The notes under the pieces are model-generated. The model was given only the letters and a program-made list of their open reading frames with translations, searched no databases and was not told the origin of the DNA. The position numbers and the translations under genes were made by a program. A DNA stretch of 62,380 nt, the filler included, from Rhabdomonas costata (lineage: Eukaryota): assembly GCA_019059605.1 (NCBI GenBank). It is 30 parts of 30 records of this genome, joined end to end, with 100 filler letters (N's around TTAATTAATTAA, not from the genome) between each part and the next. Parts side by side here need not be neighbours in the genome. Positions count along the whole stretch, not along the records: positions 1 to 1,982 come from JAHMHO010006749.1; positions 2,083 to 4,064 come from JAHMHO010006750.1; positions 4,165 to 6,146 come from JAHMHO010006751.1; positions 6,247 to 8,228 come from JAHMHO010006752.1; positions 8,329 to 10,310 come from JAHMHO010006753.1; positions 10,411 to 12,392 come from JAHMHO010006754.1; 24 more parts are not named here. One strand, given 5' to 3'. This document shows positions 1-11,090 of this stretch, piece by piece. Numbering within the stretch: position 1 is the stretch's first letter; each line of letters starts with the position of its first letter.

Positions 1-186
1 AGCTGAAGCCACCCCACAACCCCACATCCACCCAACAACCTCCTCCACAATCCGCAAACAGCATCGCCATCCAATGAAATCCGAAATCAAAACCAACACA
101 AAGAGAAAAGCCAAAGCACATCAGGACGCACACTCAAAAGTTAGCCCTTCCTTTCCAGCACAAAATCCACGTTCACCTATCCCACA

Positions 187-1100
187 ATGTCCACAAAAGA
201 AATGCAACGCTTCAAGGGGTTTCCCGAGCAGGGGACGCCGCGGGAGGACCCCGGGTTGATCTCAAGGACGAGCCGCACCCTTCATACCAACTGCCCTTGG
301 AAAATCGTTTGTCCAAAGAGTCCTTTATTAGGTATGTGCAACTACGTTGGATCCAAGCAAGCCTTGGTTGGAAATATTCAGATGGAAGAAGCCATGGTGT
401 CCTGGCTGAAGTCCCCAGCGTGGGCGCGGGCAATCTACGCATCCCGACAGCGTGAACGTCCCATTGGGAGTGTTGCAGCTCACACTGGGAGTGCCGCTGC
501 ACCCCAAGCCGCAGGTCTAGCCCTACACAGCGGTCAGCAGAGATGCTTCTGTTGCAGCCCGTGCCGTTGTGGGAATAGCAAGGCAAACCTTAATGCTTGC
601 AGCGGTCCAACCCACCGAATAAAAGTAGGAACTTGAGGAGGAACTTGAAACACCCCAGCGGCTCAGAGGCTCAGGGACTTTCCAGAATGACGCGCGGTGG
701 ACGTTCTGGATTCACACGCGATCCACACCTGTGCAGCAGTCCGTCAGGTTGCAGCCCGCCGCAGAGCACAGTGTTGACGGGTCTTTCGAGGCCAACCCCG
801 CGGGGCAGCTGTAGTCCACACTCCCGCATGTAGGGAGTGATGCTGAGCAAGTACGAGCAAGCTTTCATATATTGCACAATTCGAGACAAAAAATCCACCC
901 AAGTGTCCCAGCTTCGGAAAGCGGGAAGGCAGGACAGACGAGAAAAAACCACCACCGAGCCAACGGTGCTGCTGGTAGTTCGCAGAATCTGTCACCCAAA
1001 AGTCAGACAAGACAGGACACGAAATCTTCCGATTGGTAGCCTTGAACATAGTATGCTCGGTCTGGATGGTGCAACGAGATAATGCATCCGTGTGCCTCAA
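187..1100 (+). mobile_element. Possible decayed non-LTR retrotransposon C-terminal fragment
   Basis: Broken frames with no exon/intron structure. 'SKYEQAFIYCTIRDKKST...GSLEHSML' loosely resembles the region around the post-RT zinc knuckle of LINE ORF2. No RT catalytic motif is visible. Confidence 0.25.
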
Positions 1101-1933
1101 TCAGGTGTGGAACAAATATGAATGGTGCACACATGTCCCGGCACAAACGCCGACACACCCGTGCAACAATCGGTCAAGTTGCAAGCTGCCGCCACGCAGA
1201 GGGTGCTAGCGCTCTTCTCGGTGTACCCCAAAGGGCAGATGTAGCTCACATCACCGCATGTCAGCTGAGCTGGAGGGGTGAAACACAGAAAAAACTTGCA
1301 CGGGGGCAGGGGGTGTCAAAGCTTGCTGGCGCAAAATAAAAGCTGCCCGCCCCAAAACGCCGCTCCTGTATGAACGACGGCCAACCACAGATGTCACATC
1401 AAAAAATTCGAGCAGGACTAGGGGCGCGAACGAAAAGCCAGAAAACACACTCAAACATTTTCACAGAAGTCAAAACCATAGAGCCAAGGTTTTTGCCCTT
1501 TCCCGCTGCTGCTAACTTACAAAACAAGAGCAGCTTCGCCAGCATTGCCGACGTGGGTGAGCGGTGAAACGGGTTCAGATACAGCAGCTGCAGGTAATAA
1601 AGGTAGTTGTTACTGCGTCCGCAAAAAAGGGGAATATCTCTCCCTCCGTTTCATTTTGTTGGCCCATTATAGAGGTGGTGGCTCTCCTCCTATTGCTTTT
1701 TTGTCACGATGTCTCAGCCGGTTGTCACAAGAGAGAGAGGAGCTGCTCCGGCCGAGGCCGCACTGGGGACCTCCCGTGCTTGCCTCCTATGTTTTAATGT
1801 TAGAATTTAGAGAAGTCGGAGAAACAATGAAAGGTATGCTTTAAAAAGAAATGAGCAAACAGAACCAACAGGACATGACACAAAGTTTTCGAGGTTTCCA
1901 TGTCCAAGGGATGGCTCAGAAACAAACTCACAT

Positions 1934-1979
1934 CCTAACCCCAACCCCAACCCCAACCCCAACCCCAACCCCAACCCTA
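1934..1979 (+). repeat. Telomere-like array CCTAA(CCCCAA)6CCCTA
   Basis: Read directly at the 3' end of contig 1. Confidence 0.9.
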
Positions 1980-1982
1980 TCG

Positions 1983-2082
1983 NNNNNNNNNNNNNNNNNN
2001 NNNNNNNNNNNNNNNNNNNNNNNNNNTTAATTAATTAANNNNNNNNNNNNNNNNNNNNNNNNNNNNNNNNNNNNNNNNNNNN
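1983..2082. other. Artificial contig spacer (first of 29 identical copies)
   Basis: 44 N + TTAATTAATTAA (stops in all six frames) + 44 N, recurring about every 2.08 kb up to 60301-60400. Confidence 0.99.
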
Positions 2083-2316
2083 TGTGGTGTGGTTTGAACA
2101 TAGTATTGCGGCACCGTGGCTTCATTTTGTATCGAAGGCGTCGAATGGCCTCCTTAAAGGCTCAGCACCACGCTGGGTGTATCATCTGCATTGTGCATTT
2201 AAACGCGGCCCCGGCCTTTTGGAAAATTTTTGAAAACGTTTCTAAAATTGTGTGATTTTATGTTCATCTGCACTCCGTGTGTCGTGCTGTTGCTGTTTTT
2301 ATACCTGACTTTTTAG

Positions 2317-3577
2317 GAGCAAAGGCAGCGTGAGGCGCAGCTTCTGGCGGCGCAAGCTCTCCAGGAGCAGGAGGCTCACCTTCAGCTCCAGGCGAGAGTG
2401 CAGGCCCAGCTGGAGGAGCTCTACGAGACGGAGGTGTTGTGTTGGTTATAGAAGAAAAGATGTGCATGGTTTTGCTTCCTTCGTCGGTAGTCCTGGCTTT
2501 CTTTGACCACAGCTGGTGCCAGAGCCGAAAGTATGGCAAAGTATGGCAAAGTATGGCACCTTCCAGTCAGGACCACGCTGGAACATAAGTTAAAAGATCC
2601 CCCCCTGGTCAACTCCGTGATAGCATACCAATCCATTTACACAAATCAGTGTAGTTGTGTGTGTGGCGGCATTTTTTCTCAGCGGCGCTACTAATTGTGT
2701 CCCTGTGCGCAGCGTCGGGGGTTGGGCTTATGCCTGTGTTATGCTTGGGTGTATGCTTGGAGTAGAGTCCTTCACCCAGCGTTCCCGCCAAGTGCTTCCG
2801 ATACGCCGCGAAGCCCTATTAGTAGCACACAGTATGTCCTGGAGTGCGTACTTCGTATTGTAGAAGGTTCTCTGCCTCCTCTCACCTCACCGCACCCACC
2901 CAAACCGGCGGAAACTGACATCATTTGTGAAATCTCACGCTTGGGATTGCGGTGTACCGCCCTGGACACTTTAAATCGTAGCCAATGGTATTCGACATCC
3001 TGGGAGAATCAATGAGGTGAAGGTGAAGTGGAGTCGAGGAGAGGAGTAGTGTGGGGTAACAGAAAGCGCTATTCAAGATAGCAATACCCCGAACAGCAAC
3101 GTTCAGTTGTGACGAAACGGCACACGTACCGGGAGGGAGTTCTATGGTGGGTATCGCGGTGATTGTCCAAGCATGATATTCGGTATGCCGTTGCGTCAGA
3201 CGCTGAGCACATGGCACGCATGGTACATAGGGCACATGGACTACAACCATACACGCCTGCCCTTTCACGCGCCACTTTGGGTTGCGCGTGATTTCTTTTG
3301 CATGGGTGGGTTTTTCTTCCAGGCCAGCCTGGCACGGCTGGAGCACAAGCTAGCGTGGCGTGTGTCGGAGCAGTTCTGGGCGGACCAGCGCGCCGAGCGG
3401 GAGCGCCGCGCGCAGCTGGACCTGGAGCTCGTGGCGGAGGCCCAGGCACGAGCCGAGCGAATGGCGCAGCAGAGGCAGCAGGAGGCCACGGAGAAGCTCC
3501 TGCGGCTGCAGCGCCGTGACGAGGAGGAGCGCGAGAGGACCCGACAGAGGCTGAAGTTCTGCGTCGATGAGACAGTG
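2317..3577 (+). CDS. Coiled-coil protein, two internal exons (partial)
   Basis: Exons 2317-2433 (EQRQREAQLLAAQALQEQEAHLQLQARVQAQLEELYETE) and 3323-3577 (ASLARLEHKLAW...FCVDETV). Each is flanked by AG and GT, both are phase 0, and both are E/Q/R/A-rich. Confidence 0.7.
2528..2558 (+). repeat. Tandem 10-mer (AAAGTATGGC)x3 in an intron
   Basis: Seen directly. Confidence 0.85.
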
Positions 3578-5206
3578 GTACCACACTCACGCACACGCAC
3601 ACTTCTTCACTAGTGGAGGGGAAAATTTCGCTTGGGGGAACGGTTGTGAAGCACTCAAGTTGGCAAAAAAAAAAAGGAAAGAAACTATTGGTTAATTAAA
3701 ATTTGGCCTCGGCTCACCTTGCCCATCACGGTGGGCAGTTTTTTTGTGTTCTATGGTTCCGGTGTGCCTACGAGACCACAGAGAGGTTGCGTTTCGGATG
3801 TTAGTTGCTGTTTTAATACCCAAAGACAGACAGGCACACTGTTCTAGTCCCATCCGCGGGGAAAAAACTGTAGAACGTATAAAATTGAGATAGTGTGATA
3901 ATGAGAGAGCATAAGAACTACGAGAAACAGCCAGGCATGGAGGAGCAAGCACAGTTTCGGACACACATACAACCACAGACAACCAGGCAACAGCCAGAGC
4001 GCCCAACACACAGACAAGCATACATGTATTCACAGTTACCGTCCTTTGGTCGAAAACACCAAAANNNNNNNNNNNNNNNNNNNNNNNNNNNNNNNNNNNN
4101 NNNNNNNNTTAATTAATTAANNNNNNNNNNNNNNNNNNNNNNNNNNNNNNNNNNNNNNNNNNNNGCTACTCAAGCTTTGATTGTGTGGAGATCGAGCAGA
4201 GTGGCGTGGTTGGGGAAGAGCGCAGCTGAGCGAGGCTTTGCAAGAGGCTATCAAGCTATCAAGCAGTTTCATGTCAGAGAGCGGAGTTCGGAGATGTGGT
4301 TGGAGCACTGTGGAGAAGGTGTAAAGTTAGAGTGAGAACTCAGGACTCGGATTACGCGAAGAGTTGGACTAGAAGTGGAACTACTGTAGTGCTGTGAAGG
4401 TCATTTACTATGCGATGTATGCATTGTATGAAGCAGAGTATGGACCTTTGTTGGAGTGACCGAGAATACTGAGGTTTATGACGGAAGATGAAGAGCGAAA
4501 AGAGTGAAGCGCATTGTGTGTTGGAAGAAACCCAAGACAGGAGTCACTGGGGTTTCACCGGAGAGAAGCGCGGAGACCAGGCATGATTGTGCATACGATG
4601 GCCGTAGAGTGTCAGAAGGAGAGTGGAAGCGCAATAGTGAGACCGTAAGGAAGGATTAGTCGTCAGAGAACCGTTGGTTCTCTGCTAAACTTGAACCTCA
4701 GTGTGAACTAAACCACAGCCCCACATAGGGAGAGCTGACAGTGGAATCGAAGAACACAGGACCCCCCAAGTCAGTGTAAGTGGCGCGGCCAGCAGCGAAC
4801 CCCCCAGGAACAAACCAAGCCCGTCAGCGGACCAGCATCTCAGAGCCCCGGCAGACTCAGATCACTCCATATCCACAGCAGCCACGCCACATTACACAGG
4901 AAACACCCACCACAAGCAGTCAGCACGTCCCCATTTACCACATCCACGCTAAAGCGGCCTGGTGAAACTTAACATGCCTCAAAAACATTTGGGTTGCACA
5001 CGAATGGTGTAAGCGTGTACCGCTTGGCGCCAAAAATTGAAACGAGCTGTCATTTTTTGTCCGCATTTCCGTTCGTCTTAAGCGCAGCACCTGGCCGTAG
5101 TTCCAAATAGAGCCATGGTCGAGCTCTTATTCAGCACAAAACTGCGTAAGGCATGCTAACACCTAAAATGTCCCTACATTGAAACTGGAGTTTATCTGGA
5201 CAGAGT

Positions 5207-6130
5207 TTGAAGTTTCTGCGGAGTGTTAAAACAGGTCAATATGCCGCAATTATTGCCAACAACGCACTTGTCAACGTCGACTACATGCATTCAGACCGCA
5301 AATTATTCGCAGCGGAACATAACATGGTACAAGTAGCCCCGTGGCACGCGACACTGATAGAGTTCTGCATGAAGCACAGCATGTGCTGCTATAATTGACT
5401 GCTGCGACACGCCGAATGTTATTCTAAGCAGCAGTTAAATATTACCATCCATCGTCATCAGTATCTGTATATTCCTAAGCTAAACATGTGTTTAAGTGAA
5501 AAGCCGAAACCTTACCACAGAAAACAATTGAGTACCGTTAAAAAGTAATATGCGCCTTCCAAACTACTTTAATTGCAAAACATCTGCCACAAAAGTACTA
5601 TGATTGATCCACATCTAAATACACAAACCAAAGCACATCAAATTCCACGCCTTCTCAATACCCATCGACAACACTAATACACCTACACTCTTCAGCACAC
5701 AGGCAGTTGTTGCATACACTGAACCAATTGCAACCAAACAAAACTGCTTTTGATTAGACAAACGTTACCCAACCAGAACAATTTGACTGCCTCAGAAATT
5801 TTGGAGCAAGTGGACCTGTTCTTTGGTTTGCAAAAATTGACATGCACTATTGACGAGACATTGTTTGTGAAAAAGCCGCTACGAGTTTACGTTAGCCTTA
5901 TTTGCAAACAAATAATATTTGATTATGCCACTAAGGTTAAAAGTGTGCAAACACCGAGATCAGCAAACAAAAGTTACCCATTAAGTAGGACAGAGGCTTT
6001 GTCTAAATTTGTTAAGTACACTCATATGTTTGATAGGTACGGTGGCTTCTTTTATATAAGGTACGTTAACAGTAAACTAAGAACCACAGAATTTTACTTT
6101 CTTCTGCTGTTTTATGCTTTCAAATTATAA
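5207..6130 (+). pseudogene. Decayed intronless AT-rich reading frame, unknown product
   Basis: ORFs 5207-5398 and 5750-6130 share one frame. I count only 5 internal stops in 308 codons despite the AT-rich composition. Confidence 0.4.
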
Positions 6131-6584
6131 AAACTACCACCAAAACNNNNNNNNNNNNNNNNNNNNNNNNNNNNNNNNNNNNNNNNNNNNTTAATTAATT
6201 AANNNNNNNNNNNNNNNNNNNNNNNNNNNNNNNNNNNNNNNNNNNNTTGTTGGTGTATTTTCGTTCATGACAGCCTTGTCCCGGGTATAAATTGAGGCTG
6301 TTTGAAGAGCGTGCTGTCTGCTAACACGTTTGCCTCGCGTGTTTCTAACAGAAACAACAACAAAAAAGTCCAGCTCCCGACATGGCTATCTTCCGATTCA
6401 GTTCTTGTGAAAATTGTAGCTTCATTTTTGGAATTTTACGTTTTTCCACTTTGTCAGCTATCCTCTTTTTGTTTGCTTTGTCTTTACTGATTTTTCGGTT
6501 CCCCCTTCTCTCCACTCGAACCCACATTTTGCCATTTCGCTGCTTGCTTTCCCGCGAGAGCGCACTACTCTTCCTCCTCCAAAC

Positions 6585-7379
6585 ATGTCGCTGGACCCCG
6601 GCCCAGGGGGCATACCCCCGACGTGGTACAACGTCCTGGTGGCTCCCCTGGTGCACAACTTTCCCGTCATCCTCGGCTCCGCCGCGGCATGGTTTGCCCT
6701 GCAGTACGCCTGTGCGGTGCTCTCCCACAAGGTCTTCTTCCAGCGGGCCTACACCGCCCTCTCCCGAGATGACCGCCGCACCTGGAACATGCGGCTAGTC
6801 GCCCTGCTGCACTCGTGCGTGGCCTTCACCTGCCTCCCGGGGTTCCTGTTCCCCGACCCCAAGGTCCGTGCGGACTTCTACGCCTACTCGCCGTTTAGCC
6901 AATTCATCTTCAGCGTCGCCGCGGGCTACTTTCTCTGGGACATCATCATCTGCATTAAGTTCCAGTGGGGCTCAGCGATTTTGGCTCACGGGGTGACCTG
7001 CTTCTTGGTGTTTTATTTCTCTCTGTACCCCTTCCTGCATCACGTCGGCCGGTTCTACCTTGGGGTCTACGAGCTTTCCACTCCGCTGCTGCACATCTAC
7101 AAGATGCTCGAGCTTGCCGGGCTGTCCAACACGTTTGGGTACAAGATCGTCGGAATTGTCTTTGCCACTGTTTTCACAGCGGCGCGGATCCTTCTGGGGA
7201 TCCCGTACTCCTTTATTTGGGCTCGGGATATGGTTCAGCTGATTCAGGCAGGGTCGGTTCACTCTGTTGCCGTGGTTAGCCTAATGCTGATGAGCAACCT
7301 TACCCTGAACTTCCTGAACATCATGTGGTGGATTGTGATCATCAAGATCATCCTCAAGGCTTTCAAATTCACATCCTGA
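6585..7379 (+). CDS. TLC (TRAM/LAG1/CLN8) domain membrane protein, TMEM56/TLCD4-like; complete and intronless
   Basis: 264-aa ORF with several TM helices and TLC motifs 'WNMRLVALLHS', 'AAGYFLWD', 'ILAHG', 'YELSTPLL', 'FTAARI', 'LNFLNIMWW'. A long pyrimidine tract lies upstream. Confidence 0.9.
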   Translation: MSLDPGPGGIPPTWYNVLVAPLVHNFPVILGSAAAWFALQYACAVLSHKVFFQRAYTALSRDDRRTWNMRLVALLHSCVAFTCLPGFLFPDPKVRADFYAYSPFSQFIFSVAAGYFLWDIIICIKFQWGSAILAHGVTCFLVFYFSLYPFLHHVGRFYLGVYELSTPLLHIYKMLELAGLSNTFGYKIVGIVFATVFTAARILLGIPYSFIWARDMVQLIQAGSVHSVAVVSLMLMSNLTLNFLNIMWWIVIIKIILKAFKFTS

Positions 7380-8593
7380 ACAAAGCCTCTTCCTCCTCTT
7401 CAATCTCTCTCTGTTGACCCTGCCACCCGCTTACATCGGGTAGAACCGAACCACTGCATTGAGTTCGTCTGTGCCCTATGCCGCCGAGCAAGCAACCTGA
7501 GGTGGGCTTTTCGGAGGCGAAAGGCCCAGCACCGTTGCAGTGACGCTCCAGAGGCTTTGTTTGTCTTTGCTGCTTCTCTGAAGGACACTCGGACCGACTC
7601 AGAGAGCGGAAACAAGACCACTGTGAATATGAGTTGCACCGTGTTCTTTGTACCTCTCTTTTTTGGAATTGGTGGACAGTGGGCTGAAAGAAGGACCCGA
7701 AAGATGCATGAAATGAAAAGATGTCCCTAGCCTCTGTTTTGTAGCTCCTGAGGGTGGGCACCGCCCTCGCCCTCCAGGACGGGCGTGATTCGCCTGAAAT
7801 CAGCAGAAACTTCCACTGAATTCAGACGGCACAGCTAGGAGCAGGCCTCAGAAGAAGAAGAAGCGCGGTTTGCTGTTCCCCTATGAGCGTTGGCTTGTTT
7901 GGAGTGCTTTGAGCTCCTGTCTGGTGGCCTTTCACGTCGATGGCACGAACTAGTGTTTGGTCGGTGGGGGTGTTGGTTTTTCAGCCCTCTTTTTGTGCTA
8001 TTGCGTTGTTTTTGTTGTGCATGTTTAAACTGTTTAAACTTTGACCTCCCCGAAAAAACACCTGTGGGATAAAATGGCCAGCAGACCCTCTTCTTCCCCG
8101 AGTACGAAGAGACCCCAGGTCTTTTGCGAACCGGTTTTTTCTGTCTGCATTCTCGTTCCAAGACCTGTTTTTTTAATTGTGCAAAAAAAAAGCCGTAAAC
8201 GACACCAAAAATCCACTCACCCCCCCCCNNNNNNNNNNNNNNNNNNNNNNNNNNNNNNNNNNNNNNNNNNNNTTAATTAATTAANNNNNNNNNNNNNNNN
8301 NNNNNNNNNNNNNNNNNNNNNNNNNNNNTGTGTTTTGGACTCCCAGCAAATTCAAGGATAGCAGGTGCTGACTTTGTAAATTGTGTTAGCATGGTTTCTT
8401 GACAACTGAAAGCTCCTCAGATATGCCGAGGATTTGTACAATTTTGCATCTCCCTTTCGTCATGGACCCTGTGCGGTGCCTGTGCGGTGGAGGACGCTGG
8501 CGATGATATTGAGAGATATGCAATCAGTGGATCATCCCGAGGCATGGACACTGTCAAGCACATATTGCACCCCCCGCCCCCCATATTGCAGAC

Positions 8594-10260
8594 CTGCCAC
8601 ACAGGCCACTGCGGCGGGAATAGGGCCCGAAGGTTCTCATCGAAGCAGCGCAGTAGCCGGAGAAACCACTTGTACCGCGCGTCTGTCTCCGTCAGCCCAA
8701 ACCGGGACTTCGAGCCGGATTTTGTTCCCGCCCCCGTGCCAAATTCTCGGCGGTAGACCTCCATAAGGTTTCCGCAGAATGCCTGCGGGGGTTGCGGGAT
8801 AGCACAGTTGTGCGTCGTAAGATCGCTTCTTTTTTGCTAACAAACACACAGGCGGGATTAAAACCGCAGTGTTGGCACGATGCGATAGTTCACAAAGATC
8901 AAAGTTCGGATGACAACGGGGAACCGGTTAACGGACACCCGACCCAACAAGGAAGGAAAAAAGCAAGTGGGGAGGGGGGAGGGTTGGACATTTAATCCAC
9001 GAATAAGAAGACGACGGCTAATAATGGAAAACCAACCAGCATACCAATGAGAAAGAGAAGACCGCAACCCACCAGAAAAAGAGGGGAGCAGCGGTGTGTA
9101 TGTGCGGTGTGTACGCATTCGTGGGATTGTACATCAGTGCGTGCGACACATCAAGAATGCAGGAACGACGGGGTGGGGTGGTGACCTGCAAGAAGGCCCT
9201 ACGGCCCCCGACCAACTCCATAACCTCGCAGGCCTCCAGCAGCTCCGCCCCCGGACACCCCGCGCTGGGGTCCACCGCGCCGTACTGCCCGATGATCTGC
9301 TTTTGCAGCCTCTCGTGAAGTGCTGCCAGGGAGACCTTCAGCGACCGCACCTTCGGGAGCTCGGCGTACTTCTCCAGCTGTTCCATTCGGGAGCCACAGT
9401 CCGACAGAAACACTGCGATCTCTGAGTAGGCAACGGGTTTGGGGGCGTCCCCACCAGCCTTAGGGCTGCAGTTGCTATTGTTGGTGTTGGGGACCCCACT
9501 GCCGGAATTGGGGAGCATCTTCGCCAGCTGAGCGAGGCCGTAGTCCAGCATCTGGATGTTCTGCAGGGCCTTTACCGTGGCGCACAGCTTGCGCTTGGCG
9601 GTGTCCAGGGACCGCACGCCCTGGCAAAGATGCTCCGCGCTGGCTTCCGACTGAATGGCCTGTGCACCCCCACCCACACGCAACTACACAATATCCAATG
9701 CCCCTGCCCGCAACGTCCATAATTCGAGCATCATACACAGCAGGCAACCTTGGACCGATATCAAACTTCCTTCCTGCGCGCGTGCACTCGGATAGTCGAT
9801 CACTCTCTTTCAGGGCTCCAAAAGGCTGCAAACATACAACCCACTGAGACAAGAAGACATACCATATTACGTGGGCAACAAAGAATTGGCAGAATCGACT
9901 CGAGAATGGCATCTGAAGTCGGAAGGAGACGGGTTTGAACAGAATATTGTATAAACCATTCAAATATGCGTGCAACCGTCGTGCGGTACGTACCCTCTGG
10001 ACGATCCTGTCGACCTTCTGCTGTAGCTCCTTCGTCGCGGTGTGGGTGAAGTTGACCTCAGAGACCAGCCTCCGGTGGGCCACCACCTGAGCGGGGATGG
10101 CCTGGTGGAGCTCCAGGTCCAGCTGCGCCAGCTCCGCCTCCAGCTGGGCCTCAAAGGCGTCAATGCCCTCTACCAAGGCCGCGGCCGTGGGAAAGCGCTG
10201 GTTGATGAACTGCAGGGCCTTCTCCCTGCCCGGGCGCGCCGTGCGGTTGTTCGAGGCCAT
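8594..10260 (-). CDS. VPS53: VPS53 (GARP/EARP subunit), N-terminal three exons (partial)
   Basis: Exons 10260-9994, 9659-9186 and 8782-8594, all GT-AG and phase 0. Motifs 'FINQRFPT', 'QSEASAEHLCQGVRSLDTAKRKL' and 'DARYKWFLRLL...LFPPQW' match Vps53_N. Confidence 0.85.
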
Positions 10261-10822
10261 GTGCAGGGAGAAGGAAATGGATCACTCAGACCAAAACAAG
10301 CCACCAACAANNNNNNNNNNNNNNNNNNNNNNNNNNNNNNNNNNNNNNNNNNNNTTAATTAATTAANNNNNNNNNNNNNNNNNNNNNNNNNNNNNNNNNN
10401 NNNNNNNNNNTGTGGGGTGGTGGTCGGGCTCCGGGTCCCATTTTACCTCCCAGCCAAAAGCAAATGCACCACAAAGGCAACAGCACAGCCGCAGAGGTAA
10501 TGTTTTTTTACTGGAGCCACAAATCAATACTCTGCATGCTTTTGGCACTTGTTGTACATCTACTTACTCAGTGGGATGGTGCCCTCCCGCCTTCCTTAAA
10601 GTGGAATCAAGAATCAAGGAAAGGAGATTCAAATGGGGGGGGGGTCTCCATTTGCAACGATGAAGAATGCACAAATGCTGGGTTGATCCAAGGGGAAAGC
10701 CTCTACAGTGCAAAAGTATCAGAAGGTTCCTCGTGTTGGCTCTCCAGTTGAGAGAAATGGCTCTCATGGCGGAACACTGATTAGCAAAACATTTTAAAAT
10801 CGCGCGCGAGGGTATATATAAC

Positions 10823-11090
10823 CTGAGCCCGTCTGCCCATAGGCCAGCACGGTGGCGTTGAAGCCCTGCAGCACGTGCTCCAGCAGCGGTCGGACGGCCG
10901 TGTCGAAGACTTCCGGCTGAGTACTTTGGGGGCCAAAAACATGGTCAAAACTGAACGCCTTCGTGACCTGGTTGTGGTCCACCTGAACCCGGCCCGGGGT
11001 GGCCCGGACCAGACTGCACTGGTGGCGGGCCTTCTCGGGCTCCAGCAAAGGGCGCATCCGAACCGCAACTTTCACTCCACTGGTGGACAT
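10823..11090 (-). CDS. Kinesin motor domain, first coding exon (kinesin-4-like); partial
   Basis: MSTSGVKVAVRMRPL...FSFDHVF...GFNATVLAYGQTGSG. The P-loop GSGKT is split by a phase-1 GT donor at 10822. Confidence 0.93.

Noticed and set aside
2027..2038. Regularly spaced TTAATTAATTAA as a CRISPR-like or biological repeat
   Set aside because: It is always embedded in N runs and is a standard six-frame-stop linker added when contigs are concatenated.
9660..9993. Complementarity between the ends of VPS53 intron 1, suggesting euglenid non-conventional stem-loop introns
   Set aside because: The pairing is short and imperfect, and it is absent from the other introns I checked. All my models work with GT-AG or one GC-AG. 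Non-conventional introns could still exist in contigs I could not model.
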